This document shows, piece after piece, positions 11,291 through 21,900 of a DNA stretch of 64,000 nucleotides; position 1 is the first letter of the stretch, and each line of letters starts with the position of its first letter. A program made the translations under genes and the position numbers. Origin of the DNA: a virus (Duplodnaviria > Caudoviricetes); IMG/VR virus record IMGVR_UViG_3300031867_000001, positions 1 through 64,000 of that record; one strand, 5' to 3'. The notes below the pieces were generated by a model. That model saw nothing but the letters and a program-made list of their open reading frames with translations. It had not been told where the DNA came from and searched no databases.

Positions 11291-11313
11291 TATAAGAAAG
11301 GAGTAATTCAATT

Positions 11314-12831
11314 ATGGAATTTACTAATTACATTCTTGAAGCCGCTGGTGTTTCTGATGTTGACATCATGGATATTGAAGTAACCCAGGCAATGGCTGAG
11401 ATGGCTGTTCTCGAAGCAATGATGGATTGCTATGAGAAGCAGATGGTACTCCTTGAGTACAATGAAGATTCAGCTGATGAAATCTTCACTGAAGCTGAGA
11501 CTTTTGTTCCTGCTATGCCAGAAGAATACGTTGTTGAATTTAAGAAAATCAACGTTCAGCGGGATGGTGCAACCGGTAAGTGGCAGGTTGTGCAATATGA
11601 GGCTGAAAATGAAAAAATTAAAGACGACAAGGGATGGACACATACGAGCGCTGTTCGTAAATATGGTGTTAATACTCCGGGTGTTGAACCAGATAAAATT
11701 CTTGGAACATATGACACTGAAAAAGAAGCTCAAGATGCTTATGAAAAGTTTAATCTGGATTTATTCGGTAAACAAAGTAAAACTCGTATTGAGCGTGAGA
11801 AAAGAGCACAATTGCCGCACGAAAAGACGCCCAGAGGAACTTTTGATGCACGCAAAGAAAATCCTGAAAGAACTGAAAGAAAACTTGCCGAAAGAAAAAA
11901 GAAGCTTGAAAAGGCTGCTGGAACACCTGCTACACCTGGTTCAAATGCAACCACACCTTCCGAATCTCCTAAGCAGGCAGATCAGTGGGATGGTTCTGCA
12001 AATGTAAGCACTGCATCCAAGTCTTTCGGCAACTCTTTCAAGAAGTTTATGAGCAAGGCTGGATCTGTTATTCAGCAGCTTGTGCTCGGTCTTGTTGACG
12101 CTGTATTTTCTGTAAACTTTGACAAGCTTGCAGACAAGATTGCTGAAAAGGGTGCTGGCTTCACAATGAATGACAAGCAGTTCCAGACTATCAATAGACT
12201 TGAGGATCTTATGGATCTTACTCAGCAATATTATGGCAAGTTTGATTCTACACTTCTCTCAAGAGTAAACTGGACTCGTGCAGAGGTAAATAAGTATAAG
12301 AATATTCTGTCTGAAACATCGGCAGCACTCAAGCAGAAGTATGTAGACACTGGTGTATTCAATAACACTGCCGAGCAGGTTAATTCTCCGAACAAGCAGA
12401 CTACACCCGAGGATCTTATCGATCTCTGCCATGCACTTGGTAAGAACGATTTCAAGAAGCTTCTCCGCAAGTGCCAGAAGGAGGCTGCTGCATATAATAC
12501 AGACTTCAACGAGAATGCAAACATTCCTCCGGAGATTGGTAAGGCAATGAGAACATTTGTCAATGATCTCATCAAGGTTTACAATAAGACTACTAAGGAT
12601 TTCAAGGGAATGCTTAATTGGGCACTTGAAGTTGGTGCAGCTCAGAGTCATAGAGAAAAGAATGGCGGCATCGACCAGTCTCCTGTCGGCTTCAAGAAGT
12701 CTCCTAAGGCTAAGGAACTCCAGGAGCAGAGAAAAGCATATCGTAAATCTCTAAGAGACAGTAAAAAGCAAGAATCGTGGGCTGAAGAAGGTTGGAGCAT
12801 GAATCTCTCAGAGGATGAGGATTTTTTCTAA
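11314..12831 (+). CDS. putative virion internal protein, possibly extended by a -1 frameshift
   Basis: 505 aa; acidic N-terminus with ILEA, VLEA and FTEA; ends on slippery TTTTTTC-TAA. Confidence 0.7.
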   Translation: MEFTNYILEAAGVSDVDIMDIEVTQAMAEMAVLEAMMDCYEKQMVLLEYNEDSADEIFTEAETFVPAMPEEYVVEFKKINVQRDGATGKWQVVQYEAENEKIKDDKGWTHTSAVRKYGVNTPGVEPDKILGTYDTEKEAQDAYEKFNLDLFGKQSKTRIEREKRAQLPHEKTPRGTFDARKENPERTERKLAERKKKLEKAAGTPATPGSNATTPSESPKQADQWDGSANVSTASKSFGNSFKKFMSKAGSVIQQLVLGLVDAVFSVNFDKLADKIAEKGAGFTMNDKQFQTINRLEDLMDLTQQYYGKFDSTLLSRVNWTRAEVNKYKNILSETSAALKQKYVDTGVFNNTAEQVNSPNKQTTPEDLIDLCHALGKNDFKKLLRKCQKEAAAYNTDFNENANIPPEIGKAMRTFVNDLIKVYNKTTKDFKGMLNWALEVGAAQSHREKNGGIDQSPVGFKKSPKAKELQEQRKAYRKSLRDSKKQESWAEEGWSMNLSEDEDFF

Positions 12832-13274
12832 CTGAGTCTTCATATGGTTCGGGATATGAAGACGAAGATTTCTACACCGAATATCATGAGATTTCAAGAT
12901 ATCCTGCATTCAAACAAGATGGAGATACAATTCGTAAAAGCTTGCGCGAATTAAAAACTAATCCAACCGGTAATGCGCGTGAAGAAATTGTCCTTGCTTT
13001 AGATAGAATGCAGTCTTCTTTTAAGAAGATATTACATGCACAAAACTCCGAGGGTGCTGAATGGAACAGAGCAATTGCTTCACGTGAAGCGGGACCTGGA
13101 ATGAGAAGAGAAAATACTGCCGAAATTGTAGCTAACAATAAAGAATTCTTCAGCAAACTGCAAGAGTTTAGAAACGAATTTTATGACTTCAGACGGTTGT
13201 ATGAAGACGATAAGCGCGAGGCAGTTAAACTTATCAAGGATCTTGATAACTTCTTGAAATATTATGGTATCTGA
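12822..13274 (+). CDS. -1 frame extension of the preceding ORF (annotated TTG ORF 12942-13274)
   Basis: Frame is open from 12822 with no ATG/GTG or well-spaced RBS; begins FFLTESSYGSGYEDEDFYTEY. Confidence 0.5.
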   Translation, partial: FFLTESSYGSGYEDEDFYTEYHEISRYPAFKQDGDTIRKSLRELKTNPTGNAREEIVLALDRMQSSFKKILHAQNSEGAEWNRAIASREAGPGMRRENTAEIVANNKEFFSKLQEFRNEFYDFRRLYEDDKREAVKLIKDLDNFLKYYGI

Positions 13275-13314
13275 TCGCATGTTTCAAGCATCACTCGGTG
13301 ATATAATGTGAGAT

Positions 13315-13590
13315 ATGTTATTACAATATTACCAAACCGAGTTTTCAATTCCACACACTTCCAAGTGTCATCTAAAGACATCTGGTCTTGTAAATAACGG
13401 AGGACAGGTGACAATTGCGTCACCTGTCTTTTCGTCTATTGATTACAATTCAAAAGCATTAACATTATCATCGGAATTTACCGTTCCGATTCGTTTAAAT
13501 CAATCACAAGTTGATTTAACCGGTGATGAAGATGCTGTGTTGGTTTGTGATGATAATGACATATTTGGAATGTATGTGAAACTCGTATAA
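13315..13590 (+). CDS. hypothetical protein
   Basis: 91-aa ORF in the operon. Confidence 0.6.
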   Translation: MLLQYYQTEFSIPHTSKCHLKTSGLVNNGGQVTIASPVFSSIDYNSKALTLSSEFTVPIRLNQSQVDLTGDEDAVLVCDDNDIFGMYVKLV

Positions 13591-13613
13591 CAAAACAAGG
13601 GAGGTGTTTCTAA

Positions 13614-14078
13614 ATGACGTCGGATGAAAAAACATCAATCCCCTCATTGTTGAAGTATGAAACTTCCGATCTCTTTACAATCGGAAACATCTCAAAATCA
13701 ATCATTGCAAATTTACAGAATGATGAAGTTCAACTGATTTTGAAAAATGCAAAAGATGTAACATATGTACCACCACATCGGTGGGAAGTCGTATTAAATT
13801 ATTTGCCTTTGGAGTTTTATCGAATGATTGAAACATATCAAACGAATTTAAACGAGCATATGTATGATGTCGAAGACTTCGATCCAAAGTACTTATGTAA
13901 TCCAAAGAAATATGCATATGATAAATATGGTATAACGAATATGTGGAGACCAATTATGATTTTGAATCGATGTGCAACCATCACCGATTTCAATTTCAAA
14001 TTTATTCGTTATTACAACATCCAACCATTTTCAAAAATCATGTCGGTTCTGATTTCTCGTATGAAACACGATGAGTGA
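13614..14078 (+). CDS. putative baseplate wedge protein with LysM-like motif
   Basis: YLCNPKKYAYDKYGITNMWRPIMILN resembles the T4 gp53/LysM-like pattern; GGGAGG RBS. Confidence 0.5.
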   Translation: MTSDEKTSIPSLLKYETSDLFTIGNISKSIIANLQNDEVQLILKNAKDVTYVPPHRWEVVLNYLPLEFYRMIETYQTNLNEHMYDVEDFDPKYLCNPKKYAYDKYGITNMWRPIMILNRCATITDFNFKFIRYYNIQPFSKIMSVLISRMKHDE

Positions 14079-15471
14079 TTATAATGATATCCGATTTAAT
14101 CATGAGAATCGGAATGACTTTAATGAGGGGAAAGGTGATACGAACATAGCAACTCCAGGTTACTCATATCAATACAATGGGTTATCTCCAGAGATGAGAC
14201 CACATGGTTATTCATTATCATTGGCTTGTCAATCTGGTACGGATATGCCACATGCAATTGGTAACGTAACTGCAATCGTATTGCAATTCATTGTGGATTT
14301 ATTTCCACGAAATACATTCAACACTGTATTGCCATCAACTCGTTTGGCACACAGACAATTGAGACATACACCAAAACAGATTCGTTCACAGCCATATCCG
14401 ATGTGTATTGTAACCCCCAGAGTTTCGTTATCGGGTATTGATGATCGTTTAGCAGCTGGATCGTTTGCAACAACACTTTGGTCAACCACATCTTGTAGAT
14501 ACCAGAATCGGTCTGAGATGGAAAGATTATTCTTTGATTCTCGGAAAGGTATTGAATGGCGTGGTAAGATCAATCGTGTAGTTGTTAACTTTGATTTTGT
14601 ATTATCATTTCAAAGTGTTACGGAACAACTCAAATGGGCATCATACTTAATTAACAAAATTCCTACGGAACGAATATTCTTCGATATTGATACTGCATTG
14701 GAATTGGCAATACCGGATGGATTCTTGTTGGAAACATCTCGTTATGCTGGAATTCCAGTCAAAGATGAGAATGGTTCAGTTGCTCAATTTGTTGATTATT
14801 TGAATATGAATTCTGTATATCCAGTCTCTTATCGTTTTTCATCTGGAAAACATAAAGATTGTTTTTATGCATACTATATGACTGCACTGTTGTGTTCGAT
14901 ATCTGATCTGAACTATTCGAACGTGTCTAAAACAAATATGGTCGATACAGACTGTCCGATTACATTTACATTACGATGTGAATTTAATACGATTGGTTTG
15001 TTTGATTTGTCGGTTCCGAATCCCGGACCGTATCGTTTAATTGAACCAAAGAGTGAAGGTATTACCATACCAATATTCTCTGATGTGTTTAATGAGCGTG
15101 ATTTTCCATTGCCATATGGATGGAAAATCCATTCACGACCAATCATCAAATTTGATGATGAAGAAACTGAGATTTGTTTTAAGTCCGTTCTTGGATATGG
15201 ATTGGAAAAGATGCTTGATTACCACATCGAGCATCACATCAATCCAGACTTATTCATCAATGTGAAATTGCGTGAAAACAATGTCATTATTGATGATGGA
15301 TATTATGTCGATTGGAATGAACGAAAAATAAAGTTCGACACGATAAAATATCAATGTACATATCGTTTGATTATATCGATCAATCAGCTGTATATCAACG
15401 ATATGCTAAAGATGTTATACTATAAAGATGACAATGGTATTTCATCCGAAAATCCAAAAAATACTATGTAA
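14071..15471 (+). CDS. conserved jumbo-phage (probably structural) protein
   Basis: 466-aa ORF overlapping the previous stop. Confidence 0.6.
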   Translation: MSDYNDIRFNHENRNDFNEGKGDTNIATPGYSYQYNGLSPEMRPHGYSLSLACQSGTDMPHAIGNVTAIVLQFIVDLFPRNTFNTVLPSTRLAHRQLRHTPKQIRSQPYPMCIVTPRVSLSGIDDRLAAGSFATTLWSTTSCRYQNRSEMERLFFDSRKGIEWRGKINRVVVNFDFVLSFQSVTEQLKWASYLINKIPTERIFFDIDTALELAIPDGFLLETSRYAGIPVKDENGSVAQFVDYLNMNSVYPVSYRFSSGKHKDCFYAYYMTALLCSISDLNYSNVSKTNMVDTDCPITFTLRCEFNTIGLFDLSVPNPGPYRLIEPKSEGITIPIFSDVFNERDFPLPYGWKIHSRPIIKFDDEETEICFKSVLGYGLEKMLDYHIEHHINPDLFINVKLRENNVIIDDGYYVDWNERKIKFDTIKYQCTYRLIISINQLYINDMLKMLYYKDDNGISSENPKNTM

Positions 15472-15486
15472 AGGAGATTAAAGATT

Positions 15487-15753
15487 ATGGATATGAATCT
15501 TAACTTTGGTTATGATGGTGCGTATGCTGATGATGACATCTATCAGGAGTCTGCATACAACGCTGGTAACTCTTCTTTCCGTGATTTCATGGAGGATAAG
15601 TTTACCTCATTTGATCCGGAAACAATCATTTCTGGTGGTAACAACAAGCTGAAGTCTGGTCAGTTCGATATTGATATCGAGGATTCTGATCTGGCTCTGG
15701 GTTATTCCAATGATAGCCCTGCAACCGATCCCAAGATTGGTCGTTTCTTCTAA
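15487..15753 (+). CDS. small acidic protein
   Basis: 88 aa; AAGGAG RBS; IYQES motif; hairpin 15786-15804 follows. Confidence 0.7.
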   Translation: MDMNLNFGYDGAYADDDIYQESAYNAGNSSFRDFMEDKFTSFDPETIISGGNNKLKSGQFDIDIEDSDLALGYSNDSPATDPKIGRFF

Positions 15754-15883
15754 TCGACAATTCATGCCAAATGAAATATGTGAACCCGGGGGCAATGCCC
15801 CCGGTTCCATATTTTTATTGACAAAACTGTAACCATTTATGGTCAATCGTATATGAAATTAAATAAATCAAGAAGGTGTTATT

Positions 15884-18319
15884 ATGTTTTTTGATCGTTT
15901 AGGAAATTATGTTACTGGAGAACCAATCGTTGAAGGTGCCCATTCCATAAGTTCGGATATGGTAATCAATTTTTTGTCCAATATATTTTATGGAACACTC
16001 GATGATCTCGCTGATGTCAAAACAACCACAAGAGATGTTAATGCTATTAAATTGGCATTAGAAAAAACTGATCTAACGGATGATGAGAAAGCTGTTTTGA
16101 GAAGTAGATTTCTCAAAACTCCCGCAGAACCCCGTTTTTCAATTGGCGAACGGTTAACGGATAAAGAGGGAGCATATGCTGAAAATTGGGTTAGATCAGT
16201 CGAATCCAAAGCTTTTCGCAAACTTCGTCATCCCGGTAGAAATGCTGAATTTAGAAAGATTATTGATGATATCAGAATGCGTTCAACCAAGCCTGTGAGA
16301 CCTGGGTTTGAGAAATCTGAAACGGTCCAAGAAGGTTGGTTTAACCCGAAACCACATAAGGAAATACATCGACCAACAACAATAGAAGATGTTGAAACGA
16401 TGCATGATATTGTCATTGATAAAGATTTCAAGAAGTTTATAACCGAAAATCCAAATGGTTGTAAATTTAAATATCCGGATAATAAAATTGTATCTAAAGA
16501 GATTCTTGAATTTATTGATGATGAAGGTGATCCGTCCATTTGTAGTTTAAATCAATTTATCGATGCAAATTGTGAATATGATGGATGTATTGAAATATCT
16601 GATTATTGTTTATACATCGGAGGATGGATAGATGATAAGGCTTTATATTTAGCAACAAATAAAAGTTCATGTGCACCCGAAGGGTCTATTATTTTTGCAG
16701 ATATAATTGAAAGTGGATATGATTACACCGATAGAATATTTGCTAAATCATTCAAAGATTTATTAAAAAATGCAAATATCGAAAAACCCATCAAAGAATA
16801 TTCCGAAATGGATCTTGACGAAATGTCAGATTACATTACAGAAGCGAATGAAGAGTCAAAGAAAGCTCGTAAGAATGCGCAAGAATTTATGCGGAAAGAA
16901 TATGGTACATCACATCCAACATCAATGACGTCCAAACAACGTAATCGCATGAAGAGATGGCTTAAGGATAATGACTACGATCCAAAAACTGGAACGATCG
17001 CTACTGATATGGAAGATGATGGTGGTAAACCTTTTAGAGTCAATCTTGGAACCAATTCAGCGGTTGGAAAAGTTATTGGTCAGAAATCTAATGCGGCATT
17101 TAATACTATACCAAACAAATCTTATCCAAAAGAAAAATATACACCTGCTGAACAACATGCATATGCTGGTGACAGACCTCTCATTAACATGCCAAAAGAA
17201 TATATGAAACGTCATCCATCGATTTCTACAGGTATTAGCAAACATGAAGAAGGTCATATTGCTGATTATTATGGGAAAATTGATGATATTATTGATAAAC
17301 GAATCAAAGCTGGTGACCACATAACACAAGCTATGAAAAAAGGTATGGATTATTCACCAACTCATACAGATGTGAAGGAACATATCGCGGACCTGTATTC
17401 TGCTCAGCATAATAAATATAAAGACAAACTCAGATTCTTAAATACAATTTTATCCGAAGATATTCACATGCAAAGAACGTTCAAAGCAAACTGGAAAGAT
17501 CTTTGTGAAAAGGTTTATAAAAAACAGAGTGATGATCAACCACCTATCATTGACGCTTCTTCTGTTGAAACAATGCGCGATTCAATGAAAAATCTTGTAA
17601 GTAGAACCAAAGCTAATATTAAGAGTTATAAAGCACAATTAAAAACACCAATGTATCCATCTGGAAAAAATTTATTAAATCGATTAATTGATTCCGGAAA
17701 AGATGCATGTAATGAATACGAAAAAATATTAAGAAAATGGTTTATCGGCAAATTGTTATTCAAGAAAGTCAATTATGATGATGCAAAAGTCATGGTTGAT
17801 AAAGCCGTATGGCATGATGCAAAACTTGCAGTTGATGAAGCTATTCGTCAAAATGATGGAGATATTGAAATTCGTAAAGAATTTCTTAAGAAGTATATCA
17901 ATGAATTTGCTGTTGAATACGATATGTCGGCAACAGATGTTATTCAAGAAATGTATCAAACTGCATTTGAAGATTATGTTTTCCAAGAAGACTTTGAAGA
18001 TGAAGAACCATTTGACTACGATGTATTCATTGAGGCTAAGATCAACGCTGCAGATCGTAATAAGTTGGACGATAGTTGTTTTGGTTTAGTATATACGGAT
18101 GAAAATGGTGAGAAGATTCGTAAGTACCCATTAACTGATAAAGATGGCAAATTGGATGAGAAGCATGTTCGTCAAGCTGTACGATTCTTCAATCATTGTC
18201 CCAAAGAACATCAACATCAACTGGCATTAAACATTTTACACGCTGCGCATAAACTTAGATTGGATACAACAAAATGGGATACGGTGAACAAAGCCGCTGA
18301 AGAAAACGATGAAGATTAA
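15884..18319 (+). CDS. multidomain virion-type protein: SMI1/KNR4(SUKH)-like + HExxH domain + C-terminal DUF6582-like domain
   Basis: IEDVETMHDIVIDKDFKKFI...IFAKSFKDLL (SUKH pattern); KHEEGHIAD; RNKLDDSCFG...RKYPL...HVRQAVRFF. Confidence 0.6.
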   Translation: MFFDRLGNYVTGEPIVEGAHSISSDMVINFLSNIFYGTLDDLADVKTTTRDVNAIKLALEKTDLTDDEKAVLRSRFLKTPAEPRFSIGERLTDKEGAYAENWVRSVESKAFRKLRHPGRNAEFRKIIDDIRMRSTKPVRPGFEKSETVQEGWFNPKPHKEIHRPTTIEDVETMHDIVIDKDFKKFITENPNGCKFKYPDNKIVSKEILEFIDDEGDPSICSLNQFIDANCEYDGCIEISDYCLYIGGWIDDKALYLATNKSSCAPEGSIIFADIIESGYDYTDRIFAKSFKDLLKNANIEKPIKEYSEMDLDEMSDYITEANEESKKARKNAQEFMRKEYGTSHPTSMTSKQRNRMKRWLKDNDYDPKTGTIATDMEDDGGKPFRVNLGTNSAVGKVIGQKSNAAFNTIPNKSYPKEKYTPAEQHAYAGDRPLINMPKEYMKRHPSISTGISKHEEGHIADYYGKIDDIIDKRIKAGDHITQAMKKGMDYSPTHTDVKEHIADLYSAQHNKYKDKLRFLNTILSEDIHMQRTFKANWKDLCEKVYKKQSDDQPPIIDASSVETMRDSMKNLVSRTKANIKSYKAQLKTPMYPSGKNLLNRLIDSGKDACNEYEKILRKWFIGKLLFKKVNYDDAKVMVDKAVWHDAKLAVDEAIRQNDGDIEIRKEFLKKYINEFAVEYDMSATDVIQEMYQTAFEDYVFQEDFEDEEPFDYDVFIEAKINAADRNKLDDSCFGLVYTDENGEKIRKYPLTDKDGKLDEKHVRQAVRFFNHCPKEHQHQLALNILHAAHKLRLDTTKWDTVNKAAEENDED

Positions 18320-18364
18320 ACGATGATATGTGATGGGGGCATTTAAGCCCCCATCATTAAATCT

Positions 18365-18408
18365 ATTATATTGAAATTTGAAATATATATAATTAATATG
18401 ATAAGGAA
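18365..18408 (+). promoter_or_regulatory. conserved AT-rich phage promoter motif, copy 2
   Basis: Same 35-nt motif, right after hairpin 18331-18356. Confidence 0.65.
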
Positions 18409-18440
18409 ACAAACCCATTCATCATCAAGGAGGAATTATT

Positions 18441-18734
18441 ATGATGGAAAACAATAAGGGTCGTGTGTCGTATGTCGATTCAGAGAGAGCTGAGCTCGCT
18501 CGTCAGCTTGATGAGCTCAGATCTCATCAGAAACAGATCGAGAAGCAGCTCGATGAGCTGGAAAATCGAAAAAGAAGAGCGCTCGAGCAGAATGCGCAGC
18601 AGATTGCGATCTGCCAGAAGTTCATCGATGAAGTCGGTGACGATGCAGAATCGCGTTACTACCTCGAACGATTCATGTATCAGCTGCATGAAACCCGTCG
18701 ACAGATCGAAATGATCAATATTGAAAGGTGGTGA
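18441..18734 (+). CDS. small coiled-coil (putative early) protein
   Basis: AAGGAGG RBS; heptad-rich; higher GC than flanks. Confidence 0.7.
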   Translation: MMENNKGRVSYVDSERAELARQLDELRSHQKQIEKQLDELENRKRRALEQNAQQIAICQKFIDEVGDDAESRYYLERFMYQLHETRRQIEMINIERW

Positions 18735-18739
18735 TATTA

Positions 18740-18919
18740 ATGAACACAATGTCCGTTGAGGAGATCCGCAATCGCATTGCGGAGTGTCATGGATGGGCTG
18801 ATGCCTATGATTATGACTACGACGAGGATGACCCGAGCAATCTGGCGGAGGATTACCGCCAGGAAGCTTGGGAACTCGAGACACTGCTTGCTAAGCTCAC
18901 TGACAATACCCGGGGTTAA
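18740..18919 (+). CDS. small acidic hypothetical protein
   Basis: ATG 18740 after AAAGGTGG; hairpin plus T-run at 18906-18941. Confidence 0.6.
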   Translation: MNTMSVEEIRNRIAECHGWADAYDYDYDEDDPSNLAEDYRQEAWELETLLAKLTDNTRG

Positions 18920-18979
18920 CCCCGGGTATGATTTTTTTTTTGTTTAAACCAAACTGTAACCTTTATACTTTCTAAGGAG

Positions 18980-21900
18980 ATGATCATTATGAATAAACAT
19001 GATATTGAAGAATTACAATCTTTTCTTCAAGGTGAATACATTGAAGAATCTACATCACGTTCACTCAAAGAAGTGAAGCAACATCAGAAAGATGTATCAT
19101 CCAATAAAGATGCTGGTGATATCACCAGAGTTCGTAAAGTATTGAAATCAAAACTCGAGAATGATAATACCAATAACACTTATGGTAGATATGATGGAAA
19201 ACGCGATGTGTATGATAAAACCCCGGCTATAAGAGATAAAATAAGAATCCATTTGTTTATGAAAAAATCCGAATGTAAGAACAGTGATGAATTGTATGCC
19301 TTTAATTATGCAGACAAAGTTTTATCTGGATCAAATAAAACTGAAGTGAAAAATAAGATGTGTAGATTAGTAGGATTTGATCCGAAAGTTTATGGTATGG
19401 ATTTATACAAACATCAACCTGGAGAATATTTCAGCGTTAATTTTATAGAAAACGCAACTAAATCAAGACAACTGTCTCCAACAGAAATAAACAAATACAG
19501 GTATTTTCATTTTTCAAAAACTGGAAATTTACACAATGTTGGACTTTCATCATCAAGGTCCACGATTCATGGTGGTGGAAGTATAATATACCCATCAAAA
19601 TGCATATTTTTTTATGCTGTTGAAAAAACAGCAGATCTTGATAATGTTTTGGCACGCATGATCAATGGTGATCCACGTGGAGTAAGAAGTGCATTCTTTT
19701 ATGGAGACTATGTATATGAATATATACCGAAAAAATCTGATAAAATATACATAGATTCAACCGATGATTCTAATTTATTACAATTACAACAGAAAACACG
19801 TAATCATGGATTCTTTAAAGTATTCTTGAATTTAGCTGGTGAAGGTAGATCATCAGTTCCTGTAAAAGAATTCAATTTCAATATAAGTTATAATAAACAA
19901 AACATAATGAATCAAGAAGAAACAAAGTTGCGGTCGTATACTGCAAGACTTGAAGATATTTACGATTGGAATCCTAAACAGGCGGACAAAGTTGTGGATA
20001 TATTTAGCAAGTATATTCATGATCATGAAACAAATCCAAACAGTCCTAAACCAAGGAAAGAATTGGATGCATCATTAAAATCTCTTGCAGATTTTTATAA
20101 AAGTGCCATTGATAAGTTTATTAATGAAGAAAAGATTCCTCAAGCAGAACGTCGTCTATTTAAAAAGAACGCATATGGTCATTTTCATAAAATATTAAAA
20201 ACCAAGCTTAATAAACGCTTCGAATACGGAAGTAACGATTACAAAATGCTCACAAAATATTTTCATGAATATTCTATTGATGAAAATGTTGATGATGATT
20301 ATATCACCGAAGCAACGAGTAGATCTCTGAAAGAAGTAAAGCAGCATCAAAAAGATGTCAATAAAAATGCTGTGAAAGCCGATATGACATATATCCAAAA
20401 TTTTGCACGTAAATGTGTGGATTCCACACATTCGACTACCCATCGGAATAAAAGACACATTAATTTATCAAAGCATGAGTGCAAAAATGAAAAGGATTTA
20501 TTTGCATTTAATTATTTGATGGAATTATATAAAAAGATTGAAAATAAAAAGTATTTTGATCAATTTTTTAAATTATTTGGATTTGATGGATCCCGAGTTG
20601 AAATACGTGGACGTTATCATTCATCATGGGGGCTTGGGTTATCATTGTACGTTGTTACAAATGGAGAAACTTTTTTACCACGTCCAGGAGTGTTCTTTAT
20701 TCATACTACAACCGTACCAACAATGACAGCATTAGATGGGTATACAAATAATGGTGGCACAAGAGAATATGCTGGAAATTGTATATTCTTTTTTGCGATA
20801 AAAGCAAATGATATACGAGAAGCTATCAAGAAATTAAGCGAATCTGGTCATAAATATGGTAAATATGCATATCAATATATTCCCAAAAAATCAGATCGAT
20901 TTTTTGTTGATTCGTACCATAACAACGATACCAATACCTTTGGTAAACATAATGACATAACAGCAGTTTTTATACAAGTAAAGGAAGATCAAAAATTGCC
21001 TGTTAAAAATGTTTCCAATTTTTTCATGGATGATAATGCCAATAAAGCTGCAAAAAAACACTATCTTGCAGATATTAAAAGACTGGAAGATTTGAAGAAA
21101 AATAGAATAGCAAATATTAAAAAATATGCCGATAAATATACAAGAAAGATTAATGAACTTGAAACATTCTTGAAAGATGAGCCATATAATGAAGATTATT
21201 ATATGCCACAAATTAATGAATTAAAACAGAAATTAGAAGAACTCGATAAATCGTATGATGATAAAATAAAAAAGGTTGAAGATTCTATAATGCTTGCAGA
21301 AAAGAAATACGGATTTACAAGAACAATGGTCGAATCTTACATTGATGAAAACGTTGATGATGATTATATCACCGAAGCAAATGAAGAATCAAAGAAATCC
21401 CGTAAGAACGCGCAAGAATTTATGCGTAATGAATATGGTACATCACACCCAACATCAATGACTTCCAAACAGCGTAATCGTATGAAGAAATGGCTTAAGG
21501 ATAATGATTACGATCCAAAGACTGGAACGATCGCTACTGATATCATTGATAAAAAGACGGGTAAACCTGTTCGTGTGAATGTTGGCACAAATGCATATGC
21601 TTTAGATCCTGATATTTTAGGTCACCCAGCACAAGCGTTCGCCATTCCAAATACGGAAGAATCCGGAAAATATCTTTCGGATACTCTTTTGAGAGATGGA
21701 AGAGGATATATAAACATGCCATTGTCAGAGATGAAAAGACATCCATCTGTTTCAAATGGTATCAGTAAACATGAAGAAGGTCATATTGCGGATATGCAAT
21801 ATGGTGAAAAAATGCTTGGTAAAAGAAACGGACGTAGAAAACTTAAGAAATTAAATATCGAAGATTATGGTCCTCATATAAATCAAGATGAGCTTGCAGC

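Noticed and set aside
10271-11311. 346-aa minus-strand ORF (also 30561-31220, 31689-32462, 41664-42431, and plus-strand 45576-46280)
   Set aside because: Antisense shadows of strongly codon-biased real genes.
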